Source: a virus (Duplodnaviria > Caudoviricetes). Taken from it: a stretch of DNA of 64,000 nt. The stretch lies in the IMG/VR virus record IMGVR_UViG_3300046318_000439, positions 138,273 to 202,272 of that record; one strand, 5' to 3'. The notes under the pieces are model-generated. The model had not been told where the DNA came from. It ran no database searches and saw only the letters and a list, made by a program, of their open reading frames with translations. Shown here one piece after another: positions 1-9,861 of this stretch. The translations under genes and the position numbers were made by a program. Each line of letters begins with the position of its first letter. Positions within the stretch are counted from its first letter, which is position 1.

Positions 1-104
1 AACCCAGCAGAGCCAGCATTGAGGACGTGGTCTTCAGCATGCTCTAAGTGAGTTAGTTTATCTTCAGTTGTTGCCTCGGAAAGGAATTCTTTTATGTTTA
101 GCAT
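1..104 (-). CDS. 5' part of a conserved T4-like phage protein (runs off the window start)
   Basis: Manual translation from ATG at 104: MLNIKEFLSEATTEDKLTHLEHAEDHVLNAG. The HLEH.ED motif recalls a cyanophage-type conserved protein. Confidence 0.6.
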   Translation of the reverse strand, partial: MLNIKEFLSEATTEDKLTHLEHAEDHVLNAGSAG

Positions 105-120
105 GTATGTATTTATGAAC

Positions 121-1515
121 TTAGTATATCTTAATAAAAGGTCCAGCTGTTGACAACTCTTTTTTGGCTCCGTAGAACAATACTCTCAAAAAGTCCTCTA
201 ATACACCTTTATTTTTAAAAACCAACATACTGGCTGCGTAATGCATGCCTTGTAGTTTGTTGGAAAAGCTGTTTGCAAACTTAACGCTATCTTCTTCTTT
301 AAGGATAGCATCTTTTAGAAAAGCTTCAAATTGAGATGTAGTACGAATATAACTGCCCCAGTTTACCTGATCGTTGATAGTATCAAACAACTTTACATAT
401 TGCTTTATATCTTCTGGAGTCCAATTTCCAACTTTCGGTAGTTCCGATCCTTTGACGCGAGTTTGAGCATATCGTGTGAAAAAGCCATCTATCACGCCTG
501 TTGGTACTTTACCTAATCGAGCACCCCCAGTGAACTTCGTCAACTCCGTCTGTACTGTTTCTCGTTCTCCCTGACCTGGGAACCCTCTTACCTGAGCTGG
601 CACACTGCCATTCGTTTCACCTTCTATTCCAATTTTAAATGACATTTCTCTTGTGGTAAAGTCGGAACCCTGATAATCCAAATTTATAGTAATATCAGAT
701 AACAGTTTAAACTTTTCTTGTTTGGTATTCTTTGTGGTTGACGCATTTGTTTCTTCTACGTGAGCTACTGAGCGCGTGTCTCCTAACCGTTTGAGAGAAA
801 TACCAATCAAAGTCTTTGATGCTAGCTGGGTTCGCATATATGCATTAAGAGCATCTAATCCTCCCTCACCATCATGATTTTTTCTCAACTTCATTATGGC
901 TGCAGTTATTGATGATTCCTTATCTTTCTTAACAATATACACGTCTGCGGGGTTCCATGAGTCTTTACTCTTAACCCCAAACATTTTAGCGGTTGATTCA
1001 ACAACCTCCATAATGCCATCTCCACGATAGTAGTTGTAGGATTTGTTTGATCCCAAATACTTCTTAAGAGCAATGGACTGCTGTTCGAAAGTGTGTATCC
1101 ATATATCGTTTACTAAAGGGTATATTTTATACACCGATTCTGGCGATGGATACTTTCCCTTTTCAATATAGCTTTCAAAATAGAGACGAGAGCAATTTTC
1201 CTGCTTAGCTGTTTCGGCCGCATCACCTACAGTTTGTTTGGCTTCGCCTGCACTACCAGATCCAAATTTAATATCAAGTTTTGATACATCGATGTTAGAT
1301 TTCTTAAGAGTGGCAATCACTTCTTTAATTAAAATGCCACTCCGTTCCACCTCGCGTGGAATCTTTACTGTTCTGAAATTTGTAGTAGGATCGAGAATTA
1401 TACCGACTTTGTATACTTTTTGCACTACATCAAATAATAATGCTACTTGAGAAGAATACGCTTTCTTTTTGTCGACTATCTCTTTACTGGTTTTGGGAGC
1501 GAAGTTGAATGCCAT
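121..1515 (-). CDS. hypothetical protein, putative PD-(D/E)xK-like nuclease
   Basis: 464 aa. WNPADVY...LIGISLK resembles the PD...SxK variant of the restriction-endonuclease fold. Confidence 0.45.
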   Translation of the reverse strand: MAFNFAPKTSKEIVDKKKAYSSQVALLFDVVQKVYKVGIILDPTTNFRTVKIPREVERSGILIKEVIATLKKSNIDVSKLDIKFGSGSAGEAKQTVGDAAETAKQENCSRLYFESYIEKGKYPSPESVYKIYPLVNDIWIHTFEQQSIALKKYLGSNKSYNYYRGDGIMEVVESTAKMFGVKSKDSWNPADVYIVKKDKESSITAAIMKLRKNHDGEGGLDALNAYMRTQLASKTLIGISLKRLGDTRSVAHVEETNASTTKNTKQEKFKLLSDITINLDYQGSDFTTREMSFKIGIEGETNGSVPAQVRGFPGQGERETVQTELTKFTGGARLGKVPTGVIDGFFTRYAQTRVKGSELPKVGNWTPEDIKQYVKLFDTINDQVNWGSYIRTTSQFEAFLKDAILKEEDSVKFANSFSNKLQGMHYAASMLVFKNKGVLEDFLRVLFYGAKKELSTAGPFIKIY

Positions 1516-1578
1516 TATATTTCCTTTATTTTATTTATCGCCCTAAAACGATAACAAAAAAGGTCAAATGACTATAGA

Positions 1579-1797
1579 TTACAATCCAAAGATTTTAGGA
1601 CTATATTGAGTAGATCCATCGTTACGGAAATGATCTTCTAGCATCTCAAACACGAACGCTTCATCTTCCTTGCCACGACGCTCGAATTCTTCCTTAGCTG
1701 TTTTGAAGAACTGCACTAATCCCATATGGCTAATATGACCTGCACCAAGAGCTGCTGGTTTAGTATTTGCTTTTCGTTGAAACATCACTCTCTCCAT
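1579..1797 (-). CDS. hypothetical protein
   Basis: 72-aa ORF tightly packed in the minus-strand operon. Confidence 0.6.
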   Translation of the reverse strand: MERVMFQRKANTKPAALGAGHISHMGLVQFFKTAKEEFERRGKEDEAFVFEMLEDHFRNDGSTQYSPKIFGL

Positions 1798-1969
1798 ATA
1801 TTAATTCAGTTAAAAATGCATGTGCTTTGACTTCACACTCAAAGTATCGCACAATTGACGTATTAAAGTCAACATTATAAAAGATTAAACATATGGAATC
1901 GTTGTTAAAAACGCTGCCTTGTATCACCCAACCGTTCAATAATAAAGGTCTAAGCGACACCAACTTCAT
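1760..1969 (-). CDS. hypothetical protein
   Basis: 69-aa ORF filling the gap between co-oriented neighbours. Confidence 0.5.
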   Translation of the reverse strand: MKLVSLRPLLLNGWVIQGSVFNNDSICLIFYNVDFNTSIVRYFECEVKAHAFLTELIYGESDVSTKSKY

Positions 1970-1971
1970 GA

Positions 1972-2460
1972 TTAGTTGTCGCGTTCGTACTTAGTACGGT
2001 GGTACTTTATCTTGTGTTTGTGAGCAAAACGTGACCAAAGACCATATTCTCGTCCGTGCGCTTCTATTTCCCACGGAGTATCCCAGTAGTCCATAGAAGA
2101 AGGCATTCTTTTGCCTTTCCACACACTCATATTCTCGTCTAACTCACCCAAAGCATATTGTTTTAAGTGGACAAATTCATGAGCCAAGGTCATCATCATA
2201 TAACGCTTGGATTTATTTTTACGGATCTGAATAGTGAATTCACGAGGCTTTCCTCGCACATTATGACCAGTTACTTCGCAGTATCCATCCGCATCTTTAT
2301 CGAGTTTGCTCATAAAGTCGATGTCTACTGAGATGTGACGAGCGATTCTGTTGGATAAAAGCATACTAAGATAGAACTCACATGCTTTATGCACGGCGTT
2401 CTTGAACTTATTATCGGTTAATCCAGAAATGCCTACTAACATACGGTTTTTAACGAACAC
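1972..2460 (-). CDS. putative zinc metallopeptidase (HExxH, SprT/zincin-like)
   Basis: TLAHEFVHLKQY plus downstream PWEIEA. Confidence 0.7.
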   Translation of the reverse strand: MFVKNRMLVGISGLTDNKFKNAVHKACEFYLSMLLSNRIARHISVDIDFMSKLDKDADGYCEVTGHNVRGKPREFTIQIRKNKSKRYMMMTLAHEFVHLKQYALGELDENMSVWKGKRMPSSMDYWDTPWEIEAHGREYGLWSRFAHKHKIKYHRTKYERDN

Positions 2461-2648
2461 GTCGTCCCTCGTAGATTATTACTCGTCTTCTATATGTATC
2501 TGTTTTAGCTCTTTGTCAAGCTCCCACCACAGGTCCACGGGCATGTGGAAAATAGCCATAAAATACTGGAATCCCATCACCAACGTCGTAAAAACGAAGT
2601 TGATGGGGAAGAGTACTGTCCAAGCACCTAGAATTGTTATATATTCTT

Positions 2649-4037
2649 TCAACTGAAGTTCTCAAAAACGTTTTTGTCAAATTTACGTTCAGACTTCATA
2701 CGCTTTCCAGTATCGGTATTATCAAATAACGGCTTATCATCCACAACATCATCTTGCGCATGTTGTTCAACGTCGTATAGCTTCATTTTAGCTCTATCTA
2801 CACCGATAACAAACCTACGATGTACAGATGGATCTCCAAAACGATTCTTCAGCTGTTTGACCATAATTTGATTCATTTCTTGCAATTCTTCAGTAGAAAT
2901 TAATGCAAACATAAGGTCAGCTGTAGCTGGTAAACCAAACGACTCAGATGTATCCTCTAAACCAAGATCGGAACTCGTAAATCCTGAACGCGTTGTTTGT
3001 GTAGCACTCACAATTGGCACGTTAAATTCAACGGCTAATCCTCTAAGCTCTTCAGCAATGGCTTTAATGTATGTGTATGAATTAACATTAGAACCATACT
3101 TCAATCTAGAAGAAGCACAAATATTTAGATAATCAATGTAAATGATATCCGGTATAAAGTTTCGTTTTAACTTTAATTCGTTCAATAAATGTCTAAAGTG
3201 AGCTGCTCCAGCACTTGCTGTTGGATATTCTTTAATAATCAGTTTACCAGGAGATGAGGATCTGATACGTGCAACTTTCTTCTCGTAGATATCTCTTGGC
3301 AATAAAGCTAACTCATCCATCGATACGTTTAGTAGATTTGCATCAACACGTTCAGCGATTCGTTCTTCAGCCATCTCGCAAGTGATGTAAAGAACATTCT
3401 TACCTTTCGATATATTACTTGCAGCACAGTGACACATGAATAAAGACTTACCGACGTTAGTGCCTGCCAAAATAATATTCAATGTCTTGTTAGGCAAACC
3501 CCCTTTAGTAATACGATTAAAGTAATCCAAGTCAAAAGGCACGCGTGTTTCTTTACGGTGGTAGAAATCATAACGCGATTCAGCATCTTCTAAAAAGTCA
3601 TGGCCAATGTGAGTATCAAATGAAACTCCCAATGCATCAGATAATATCTTAGGAATTGCTCCCTTATCTTCTGATGCATTCTTATTGTCGAGAATACCAA
3701 TACTTTGATAGATCGCATTGTAGATTGCTTTGTCTTGACAGAACTTCTCAGTTTCATCTAGAAGCCAATTAACGTCAGCTGGTTTATCTTCTAACACATC
3801 AATAGCTTTTGTTAGCTTCTCGTGCTCATCATCAGATAGACCAGGATAGTTATCTGCTTCAACATAAAGGGCTGTCTTTGTAGGAAAGTTATTATACTTC
3901 TCAACAAACTTTGCAATCACATTAAACAATGACTGATCAACGCGACTCTGAAAATACTCCTTCTTAAGAAAAGGAATAACCTTTCTACCATACTCTTGAT
4001 TAAATACTAGGTTAGCAAAAATTGTTTGCTCGATCAT
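2649..4037 (-). CDS. gp41: replicative DNA helicase (T4 gp41-like)
   Basis: Walker A AGTNVGKS, IYIDYLNIC, SATQTTRSG, EDTSESFGLPATAD, KQLKNR. Confidence 0.96.
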   Translation of the reverse strand: MIEQTIFANLVFNQEYGRKVIPFLKKEYFQSRVDQSLFNVIAKFVEKYNNFPTKTALYVEADNYPGLSDDEHEKLTKAIDVLEDKPADVNWLLDETEKFCQDKAIYNAIYQSIGILDNKNASEDKGAIPKILSDALGVSFDTHIGHDFLEDAESRYDFYHRKETRVPFDLDYFNRITKGGLPNKTLNIILAGTNVGKSLFMCHCAASNISKGKNVLYITCEMAEERIAERVDANLLNVSMDELALLPRDIYEKKVARIRSSSPGKLIIKEYPTASAGAAHFRHLLNELKLKRNFIPDIIYIDYLNICASSRLKYGSNVNSYTYIKAIAEELRGLAVEFNVPIVSATQTTRSGFTSSDLGLEDTSESFGLPATADLMFALISTEELQEMNQIMVKQLKNRFGDPSVHRRFVIGVDRAKMKLYDVEQHAQDDVVDDKPLFDNTDTGKRMKSERKFDKNVFENFS

Positions 4038-4045
4038 ACTGTCGA

Positions 4046-5113
4046 TTACTCCTCAGTGATCATTTTAAGTTCTTCGTCAATTGATTCATCCGTAGACATA
4101 ATCGAACCAGTAGATACTTGATAAGTTTTCTTAACCCAATCTTGGAATCCTTTATTCTGAATAACAGGGGCCCAGAAATCTTTCGTATCCGTATCCTTGA
4201 TACGGAACTTCTTATCTTCTACAACTCCATCTTCATCGACACGCGAGTACCAACCATTAGAAGGTTTGATAACGTGACCTGATTCTAAAGCCATATCAAG
4301 TAAACCAGACCAAGTTGAAATACCACCATCATGTCTTACGGTAATAGGAATCTTAGACTTCTCACGCACATGACGTGATTTCTCTACGTTGATAATAAAG
4401 TTATAACCAATCAACTCAGTACCTTCTTTTTCTTGCTGACGACCTAAGATGAAGATATTATCAGCAGAGTAGTAAGAACCAGTACCGCCACCAACAACAT
4501 CTTTAGAATATAACTCCAATGTCTTGTATGTGTGATTAACAACAACCATTGGGATATCCTTTAGAGTTAGATGCGGTGTTACCATACGGAACAAACTCTT
4601 CATCTGTTTAGCACGACTCATATCTGCAGCAGACTTACCTTCCATTGCATCCTCTACTTCTTTCTTAGAAGCTAAGTTACCGATAGAATCAATAACAATG
4701 ATCACATGCTCTTCACGTTCGATGCCGTGTAGCTGTTTCATAATGTCAAACTTTAATTGCTCTACGTCAGTAATAGGAGTGTGAACAACACGACCTAAGT
4801 CAATGCCAAACGATTCGAAGTATGATTGTGGTGTGCCAAACTCTGAGTCATAAAACAACATAACAGCATCTGGATACTTGTCCAAATAAGAACGAGCCAT
4901 CAATAAGCTGAATGCAGTTTTGAAATGTTTAGATGGACCTGCCCACATAGTTAAACCAGGAGTCAACCCGCCATCGAGTCGACCACTCAAAGCAACGTTA
5001 ATAGCTGGAATAGCTGTCGGAATCATATCCTTTTTCTGAAAGAACTTAGAATCAGAAAGAATTTCAGTATCACTGATTGTACTATTCTTACGTAGTTTAT
5101 TAATCAAGCTCAT
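4046..5113 (-). CDS. uvsX: RecA-like recombinase UvsX
   Basis: GPSKHFKT P-loop, FYDSEFG, IVIDSIGNLASKKE, VVGGGTG. Confidence 0.96.
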   Translation of the reverse strand: MSLINKLRKNSTISDTEILSDSKFFQKKDMIPTAIPAINVALSGRLDGGLTPGLTMWAGPSKHFKTAFSLLMARSYLDKYPDAVMLFYDSEFGTPQSYFESFGIDLGRVVHTPITDVEQLKFDIMKQLHGIEREEHVIIVIDSIGNLASKKEVEDAMEGKSAADMSRAKQMKSLFRMVTPHLTLKDIPMVVVNHTYKTLELYSKDVVGGGTGSYYSADNIFILGRQQEKEGTELIGYNFIINVEKSRHVREKSKIPITVRHDGGISTWSGLLDMALESGHVIKPSNGWYSRVDEDGVVEDKKFRIKDTDTKDFWAPVIQNKGFQDWVKKTYQVSTGSIMSTDESIDEELKMITEE

Positions 5114-5322
5114 TTTATTTCCTTTTCAAATTGGGTAGTGCCTAATATCCTTGTTAGTTTGACTAAGAAAACGCTCTCTTGCCAAACAAGTAATCTTATA
5201 ATCACATAGGCAGCCATTGAGGCTACCGTAGAAAAGATCATTGATATAGTTGCTGCTGCTAATAATAAAATAGCAGCAACAATAACAACAATCATAGTAA
5301 AGGGGAGAAATACAATTTTCAT
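5110..5322 (-). CDS. small membrane protein
   Basis: 70 aa, long hydrophobic N-terminal segment, start overlaps the uvsX stop. Confidence 0.55.
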   Translation of the reverse strand: MKIVFLPFTMIVVIVAAILLLAAATISMIFSTVASMAAYVIIRLLVWQESVFLVKLTRILGTTQFEKEIK

Positions 5323-5331
5323 AGTGTAGTT

Positions 5332-6420
5332 TTATTTCATATTAACGATAGAGTCTTTCTTAATCTCTACTATACCATCTTTCTTTTTCTGAATCAACCC
5401 TCTTGCACGTTTATACCATTGAGGGGACCATGATTCTTTTTCTTTAGGAAAGGAGGTATCGGATGGCATGTGGTTCAGTTCCTCTTCTTCTGTTTCGAAA
5501 GGAGTATCTTTAGCATCACATCTTGGGTTAGGACAGAAGTGTCCTATTCCATCAGCATACACAACCGCTGTGTTGCATTTTACACAATTGCCATAATCTC
5601 GACTTCCCTTAGCGTGTAGGAAATCAAACCAATCATCAACAATGCCGTCACCGTCTTGATCTTTGTTCGGTTGTACTGGTTCAATAATTTCCTTTTTGGA
5701 TTGGGCGATGGAGTGATTAGCTGCCAACAATAACATAATCGCAAGAGGATCAAACACAAACACTAAAATTAAAATAACAGCTCTTACAGCTTTTCCAATA
5801 ACTCCCTCAGTTGAATCTCCGTAGACCAAGTCGGCAATGTATTTGATTGGTCCAACTTCTGCTTCAATTTTGAGGTTTTCTTTTCTGAGAGGAAGAGCTT
5901 TTGTATTGAGATCCTTAATAGCATTAGACGCAGAAGCAATCTCAGTACCCAACGCTTTACGTTCCCTTGCCTGGCCACCACGTAGCTTGACAGCGGATTC
6001 TGTATCAGACTGATCAACCAATCGATCGAGAGCAGTAAGAGATTTCTGAGCATTTTCTAGCCTTCTTTGTTCTGATTGTATTTGTTGATCTAATAATTTT
6101 AACTCAATGCTCGTGTCACCACTCACAAGTGTTTGGTCGAGGTGAGCCTTAGACAAAAAGCCAAAAATCCCCATGCTAGTAATAAACATGAGGACTACAA
6201 CAGCTAGAGTTAAATAATATTTAATGAATCTTGGGGAATTGTTCCAATTCCTATACAACCATGATGCTGCCACTACCTTACCAGCTTCAAGCGTTGATGC
6301 CATAATAATAACTGGTATCATGGCTGCTGAGAAAATAACTGCAAGACCAACAATACTATAATACGCTGCCACAAAAGACAACATCAACGCTACCGCTAAT
6401 GCAAGGTAATTAACTATCAT
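5332..6420 (-). CDS. multi-TM membrane protein with coiled coil and C-terminal Cys cluster
   Basis: Three N-terminal TM helices, coiled coil, further TM, DQDGDG loop, CxxC...CxxxxC. Confidence 0.7.
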   Translation of the reverse strand: MIVNYLALAVALMLSFVAAYYSIVGLAVIFSAAMIPVIIMASTLEAGKVVAASWLYRNWNNSPRFIKYYLTLAVVVLMFITSMGIFGFLSKAHLDQTLVSGDTSIELKLLDQQIQSEQRRLENAQKSLTALDRLVDQSDTESAVKLRGGQARERKALGTEIASASNAIKDLNTKALPLRKENLKIEAEVGPIKYIADLVYGDSTEGVIGKAVRAVILILVFVFDPLAIMLLLAANHSIAQSKKEIIEPVQPNKDQDGDGIVDDWFDFLHAKGSRDYGNCVKCNTAVVYADGIGHFCPNPRCDAKDTPFETEEEELNHMPSDTSFPKEKESWSPQWYKRARGLIQKKKDGIVEIKKDSIVNMK

Positions 6421-6703
6421 CGTTTACTACGTCCTGTACTTTTTTAATGAATGCATCCATCTTCTCTTTACGATCAGGCCAATAGATGTAGTCTTTACCT
6501 TCATCCTTCGCTAGATTCTTTAGAAGTGGCATAATCATATTATAGAGCGTGCCTAACTTTTCTTGATAGGATTGATACACTCGTTTAATCTGCTGTTCCT
6601 GATTGGCAACAGTAGCTTCCAACTCTCGCTCAATGCTTTTCAACTCTTCTTCACTAACAGCTGAAAACCCAAAGTCAAAATCGCCAAGATCCTTGATTGT
6701 CAT
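6410..6703 (-). CDS. hypothetical protein (likely start MTIKDL)
   Basis: ORF track 6410..6757; the ATG at 6703 avoids overlap with queD. Confidence 0.6.
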   Translation of the reverse strand: MTIKDLGDFDFGFSAVSEEELKSIERELEATVANQEQQIKRVYQSYQEKLGTLYNMIMPLLKNLAKDEGKDYIYWPDRKEKMDAFIKKVQDVVNDDS

Positions 6704-6704
6704 A

Positions 6705-7265
6705 TTATAAACCTTCGTAGATTGCTGAATTGCCAGCATGCTCAAACACTTCAGCACTCTTTAGCTTAACACCTGATCCTACATTATAACGTGCTTGGAA
6801 GACGCGACCATCTGGATGTGTCCATCCCTTACCTTCTTGATACGCTGTTAATATTTCATTCATTGCTGTATAAGCTAGCTTTGAAAACAATTCACAACCA
6901 ACACCATCCACTACGCGTAGATCACATAATGCGCCACGCTCATTAGGTATCTTACTTAAATGATTTTCACTCTCTACATCAACAATTTCATTCATGTGTT
7001 CAAAAAAGTCTAGCATAGGATCATCCTTAGCTACAACCAACGTATGATCAAACATATAGTCAGCCCATTCCTTAAATGCCTTCAGTCCTCCAAAGTCCAT
7101 AACCCAGTTACGGTCATCTAAAGTTTCTGATTCGAAAATAAGTTTAATGCCAATTGAGTATCCGTGTAGCAAACTACAGTGACTATGTCTGCTACGCCAT
7201 TGGCGGAAGCAGCATGATAATCCACGATCGGTACCATATGTTTTTGTTGAAAGATATTTTGCCAT
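6705..7265 (-). CDS. queD: 6-carboxy-5,6,7,8-tetrahydropterin synthase (QueD/PTPS family)
   Basis: CCFRQWRSRHSHCSLLHGYS, WVMDFGGLK, FDHTLVVA: T-fold PTPS motifs. Confidence 0.85.
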   Translation of the reverse strand: MAKYLSTKTYGTDRGLSCCFRQWRSRHSHCSLLHGYSIGIKLIFESETLDDRNWVMDFGGLKAFKEWADYMFDHTLVVAKDDPMLDFFEHMNEIVDVESENHLSKIPNERGALCDLRVVDGVGCELFSKLAYTAMNEILTAYQEGKGWTHPDGRVFQARYNVGSGVKLKSAEVFEHAGNSAIYEGL

Positions 7266-7340
7266 TTGTTTCTCCTATGTTGTACTATATCATAGGCTTG
7301 CAGAATTTATAAAGCGGGATGAATGCCACGAGGCCGCTTT
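7266..7340 (-). promoter_or_regulatory. structured leader of queD: bulged stem AAAGCGG/CCGCTTT and an SD-occluding hairpin CCTATG/CATAGG
   Basis: Inverted repeats 7311-7317/7334-7340 and 7274-7279/7291-7296; the latter covers the AGGAG SD. Confidence 0.5.
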
Positions 7341-9861
7341 AGAAGAACGCATCTAACGTGACACGTTTTTCTGTGTGCCATCCAAGCACATCCAATATTG
7401 TTTGGAGTGGATCGATGAATGACTTTGTGAATTGAGTATCATAATCAATATACTCAATTAAGTCAAGCTCTTTGGGTAGTGAGCCTGATGTTGCAATGAT
7501 GTTACTCATAGCGGGGTTAGGTAACTTGAGATGACAAAATTTAATCTTCTCACCTTCACCTATAGCTTCATATTTAGTAGTCAGCCCATGCTGCTTTAGC
7601 ATGTTGTTGTAAATCAAAGCACCACGAACATGGATTGGTGTAGACTTGCGGAATATAGTAACTGGGTCATAGTATTCCGTCAAGCCACGTACTGTACGTG
7701 GGAAAGCAATATCTTGAAATGGTAATGCTTTGAACTCTTCTCTGAAGTTGGCAATAAAATCTACTAAGTCTTCTTCTGTAGAAGTCATAATCAACTTGAG
7801 GGCCTTCTTAATGTTGTCTCTGCAAGCCGAAGGTGTTGAAGAACGAACAGCTTCAATACCAGACAACTTTAACTTTGGTTCTGAGTACTGCACACCTTCG
7901 TTGTTGTAAACGTTGAGGATGTATCGTTTCTTAGCAGTCCAAATACCCTTATCAGCAATTGCTTCACGCTTCATTTTCATCTTCTGATCATAAGCGTTCA
8001 CGTATGTTGCTAATTCTTCATACGACTTATCAATAAACGGTTCAAATACTTTCTCACAAACAGTATCCAAATACTTAACAGTTTGTTCAGTAGTCTTACC
8101 TTCACAAGTCTGCTTTACGAACTCGCCTAGATCAAGGTACATGGAGTCTGTATCGCAAGCAATAACATAGTCAACGTCAGTCGTCTTCAATACTTTATTC
8201 AAGTATGCGTTCATCTTACGTTCCATCCAGCGGATAGAAAGCTGACCAGACTTAGTAATAGATTCTGCTAGGTCTCTATCGAACCAGCGGAAGTAGATGT
8301 TTGACAAAGCGCCATAAGCGGAGTTGAGTTGGATCTTTTTAGCAAGTTGCATGTTGTGGCATCTTGCGATCTCTTTCTCATTTTCGTATGACTTGTCTGT
8401 TTCGTAGCGTTGCTTAGCAGCCAACATTTGCTTTTTAAACTTAACACGGTCATTATACATCTTCTCCATAAGAGTTGGTAGGAAACCTTGAAAGTCACGA
8501 TCAAACACACAACCAGAGGCAGCGATTGTTTGATTACGTGCTACTAAATCATTCTGAATCATATGGTTGGGTGCTGTAAGAATACCATCCAACATACCTT
8601 CAATACTAATACCTTCGATCTGGCCAGCATATGTTTCTGGTGAGATGTTGTATTGCATAATCAAGTGTGGGTACAAACTATTCAAGTCAAACGACACAAC
8701 CCAGTTATGCATACCAACTTGCGGATCCTTCACATAAGCTCCAACGATTTGAGAATCCTTAGAACCTTTATCTGTCATAGGTACAACAATACCTTTATTG
8801 AGAAGGTAGTTGTGGATAATGATATCCCACATACGCACAGACGTAAAAGCATCACTATAGTTAACGTGGCCGTCATATGCAATCGCATAGATCTGCTCTA
8901 AGAACTTTAACTTGTCTTCTAACTTATCAACAAGTTCGACGTCTCGGATGTTATAATTAATGTAGTTGCGGAAGTCGCCTTTGTAGAACTCATCTAACGT
9001 CTCAAAGCCAAGTTCTGTATAATCTAACTTACGCTCGCCCAATTCGATAAAGGCGATATGATCTAGTTTGAATGACTCTTGTTGAGCGAAAGAAAACTTC
9101 TTATATGCTTGCATGTAGTCAATAATATTAACACCGACTGGAGTAAAAATTGTATACTCTCTACCCATAATCTCAATCGTGCGTTGATCAAGAAGACTCC
9201 ATGGCGACAAACGCTTCGCAGATGCATCGCCCATGGTTCTTCTAATGCGATTAACGAGATATGGAATATCGAAGAACTCAATATTCCAACCAGTGATTAC
9301 ATCTGCGTCGAGTGCTTTCCAGGCTTGCAAGAACTTATCAAGTAAGTCATGTTCATCCTTACATAGCAAGTAGTTAACATCTTCGCTCTCTGGTGTATAT
9401 TCTTTAAGACCAAACACATATGACTTACCTCTCTTGCGCAGAGTGATAGCAGTAACCATTCTATCTGCTTGTGCAATGTCTGGGAAACCACCTTCAGAGT
9501 CAACCTCGATATCCAGAGATACTAAACTAATTAACTTAGGGTCGTAGTCGATGTCGCCTGGATAATTATCATTGATGTAGGTATAGACAAAACTATCCAT
9601 ACCATACAGTGGCTTACCAGGAATACCCTTAAACTGTTTAACATGCTCGCGCGCTTCATACACGCTGTCAAACACTTGCTTATAGACAGGTTCACCCTTT
9701 AATGTTCTAAAGGGTGTTTCGACTCCACGTTCACGATACACGCGATTAGGTTCAAAGATGTATGGTTGGTAACGTACTTCTCGCTGAAACCGTTTACCGT
9801 TTTCATACCCTCTTACAAGAATGTTTGCTTTGTGGAGATGTACATTAGTATAGAAATTCAA
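7339..9861 (-). CDS. gp43: family B DNA polymerase (gp43)
   Basis: Exonuclease DIEV, DLNSLYP, KIQLNSAYG, CDTDS, KKRY. Confidence 0.98.
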   Translation of the reverse strand: MNFYTNVHLHKANILVRGYENGKRFQREVRYQPYIFEPNRVYRERGVETPFRTLKGEPVYKQVFDSVYEAREHVKQFKGIPGKPLYGMDSFVYTYINDNYPGDIDYDPKLISLVSLDIEVDSEGGFPDIAQADRMVTAITLRKRGKSYVFGLKEYTPESEDVNYLLCKDEHDLLDKFLQAWKALDADVITGWNIEFFDIPYLVNRIRRTMGDASAKRLSPWSLLDQRTIEIMGREYTIFTPVGVNIIDYMQAYKKFSFAQQESFKLDHIAFIELGERKLDYTELGFETLDEFYKGDFRNYINYNIRDVELVDKLEDKLKFLEQIYAIAYDGHVNYSDAFTSVRMWDIIIHNYLLNKGIVVPMTDKGSKDSQIVGAYVKDPQVGMHNWVVSFDLNSLYPHLIMQYNISPETYAGQIEGISIEGMLDGILTAPNHMIQNDLVARNQTIAASGCVFDRDFQGFLPTLMEKMYNDRVKFKKQMLAAKQRYETDKSYENEKEIARCHNMQLAKKIQLNSAYGALSNIYFRWFDRDLAESITKSGQLSIRWMERKMNAYLNKVLKTTDVDYVIACDTDSMYLDLGEFVKQTCEGKTTEQTVKYLDTVCEKVFEPFIDKSYEELATYVNAYDQKMKMKREAIADKGIWTAKKRYILNVYNNEGVQYSEPKLKLSGIEAVRSSTPSACRDNIKKALKLIMTSTEEDLVDFIANFREEFKALPFQDIAFPRTVRGLTEYYDPVTIFRKSTPIHVRGALIYNNMLKQHGLTTKYEAIGEGEKIKFCHLKLPNPAMSNIIATSGSLPKELDLIEYIDYDTQFTKSFIDPLQTILDVLGWHTEKRVTLDAFF

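Noticed and set aside
1545-1568. sigma70 promoter at TTGACC upstream of the 464-aa gene
   Set aside because: No acceptable -10 box at 16-18 nt spacing
7266-7340. Canonical preQ1-I riboswitch
   Set aside because: Lacks the recognisable AGGTTC-like stem-loop with a poly-A tail; kept only as an unclassified candidate
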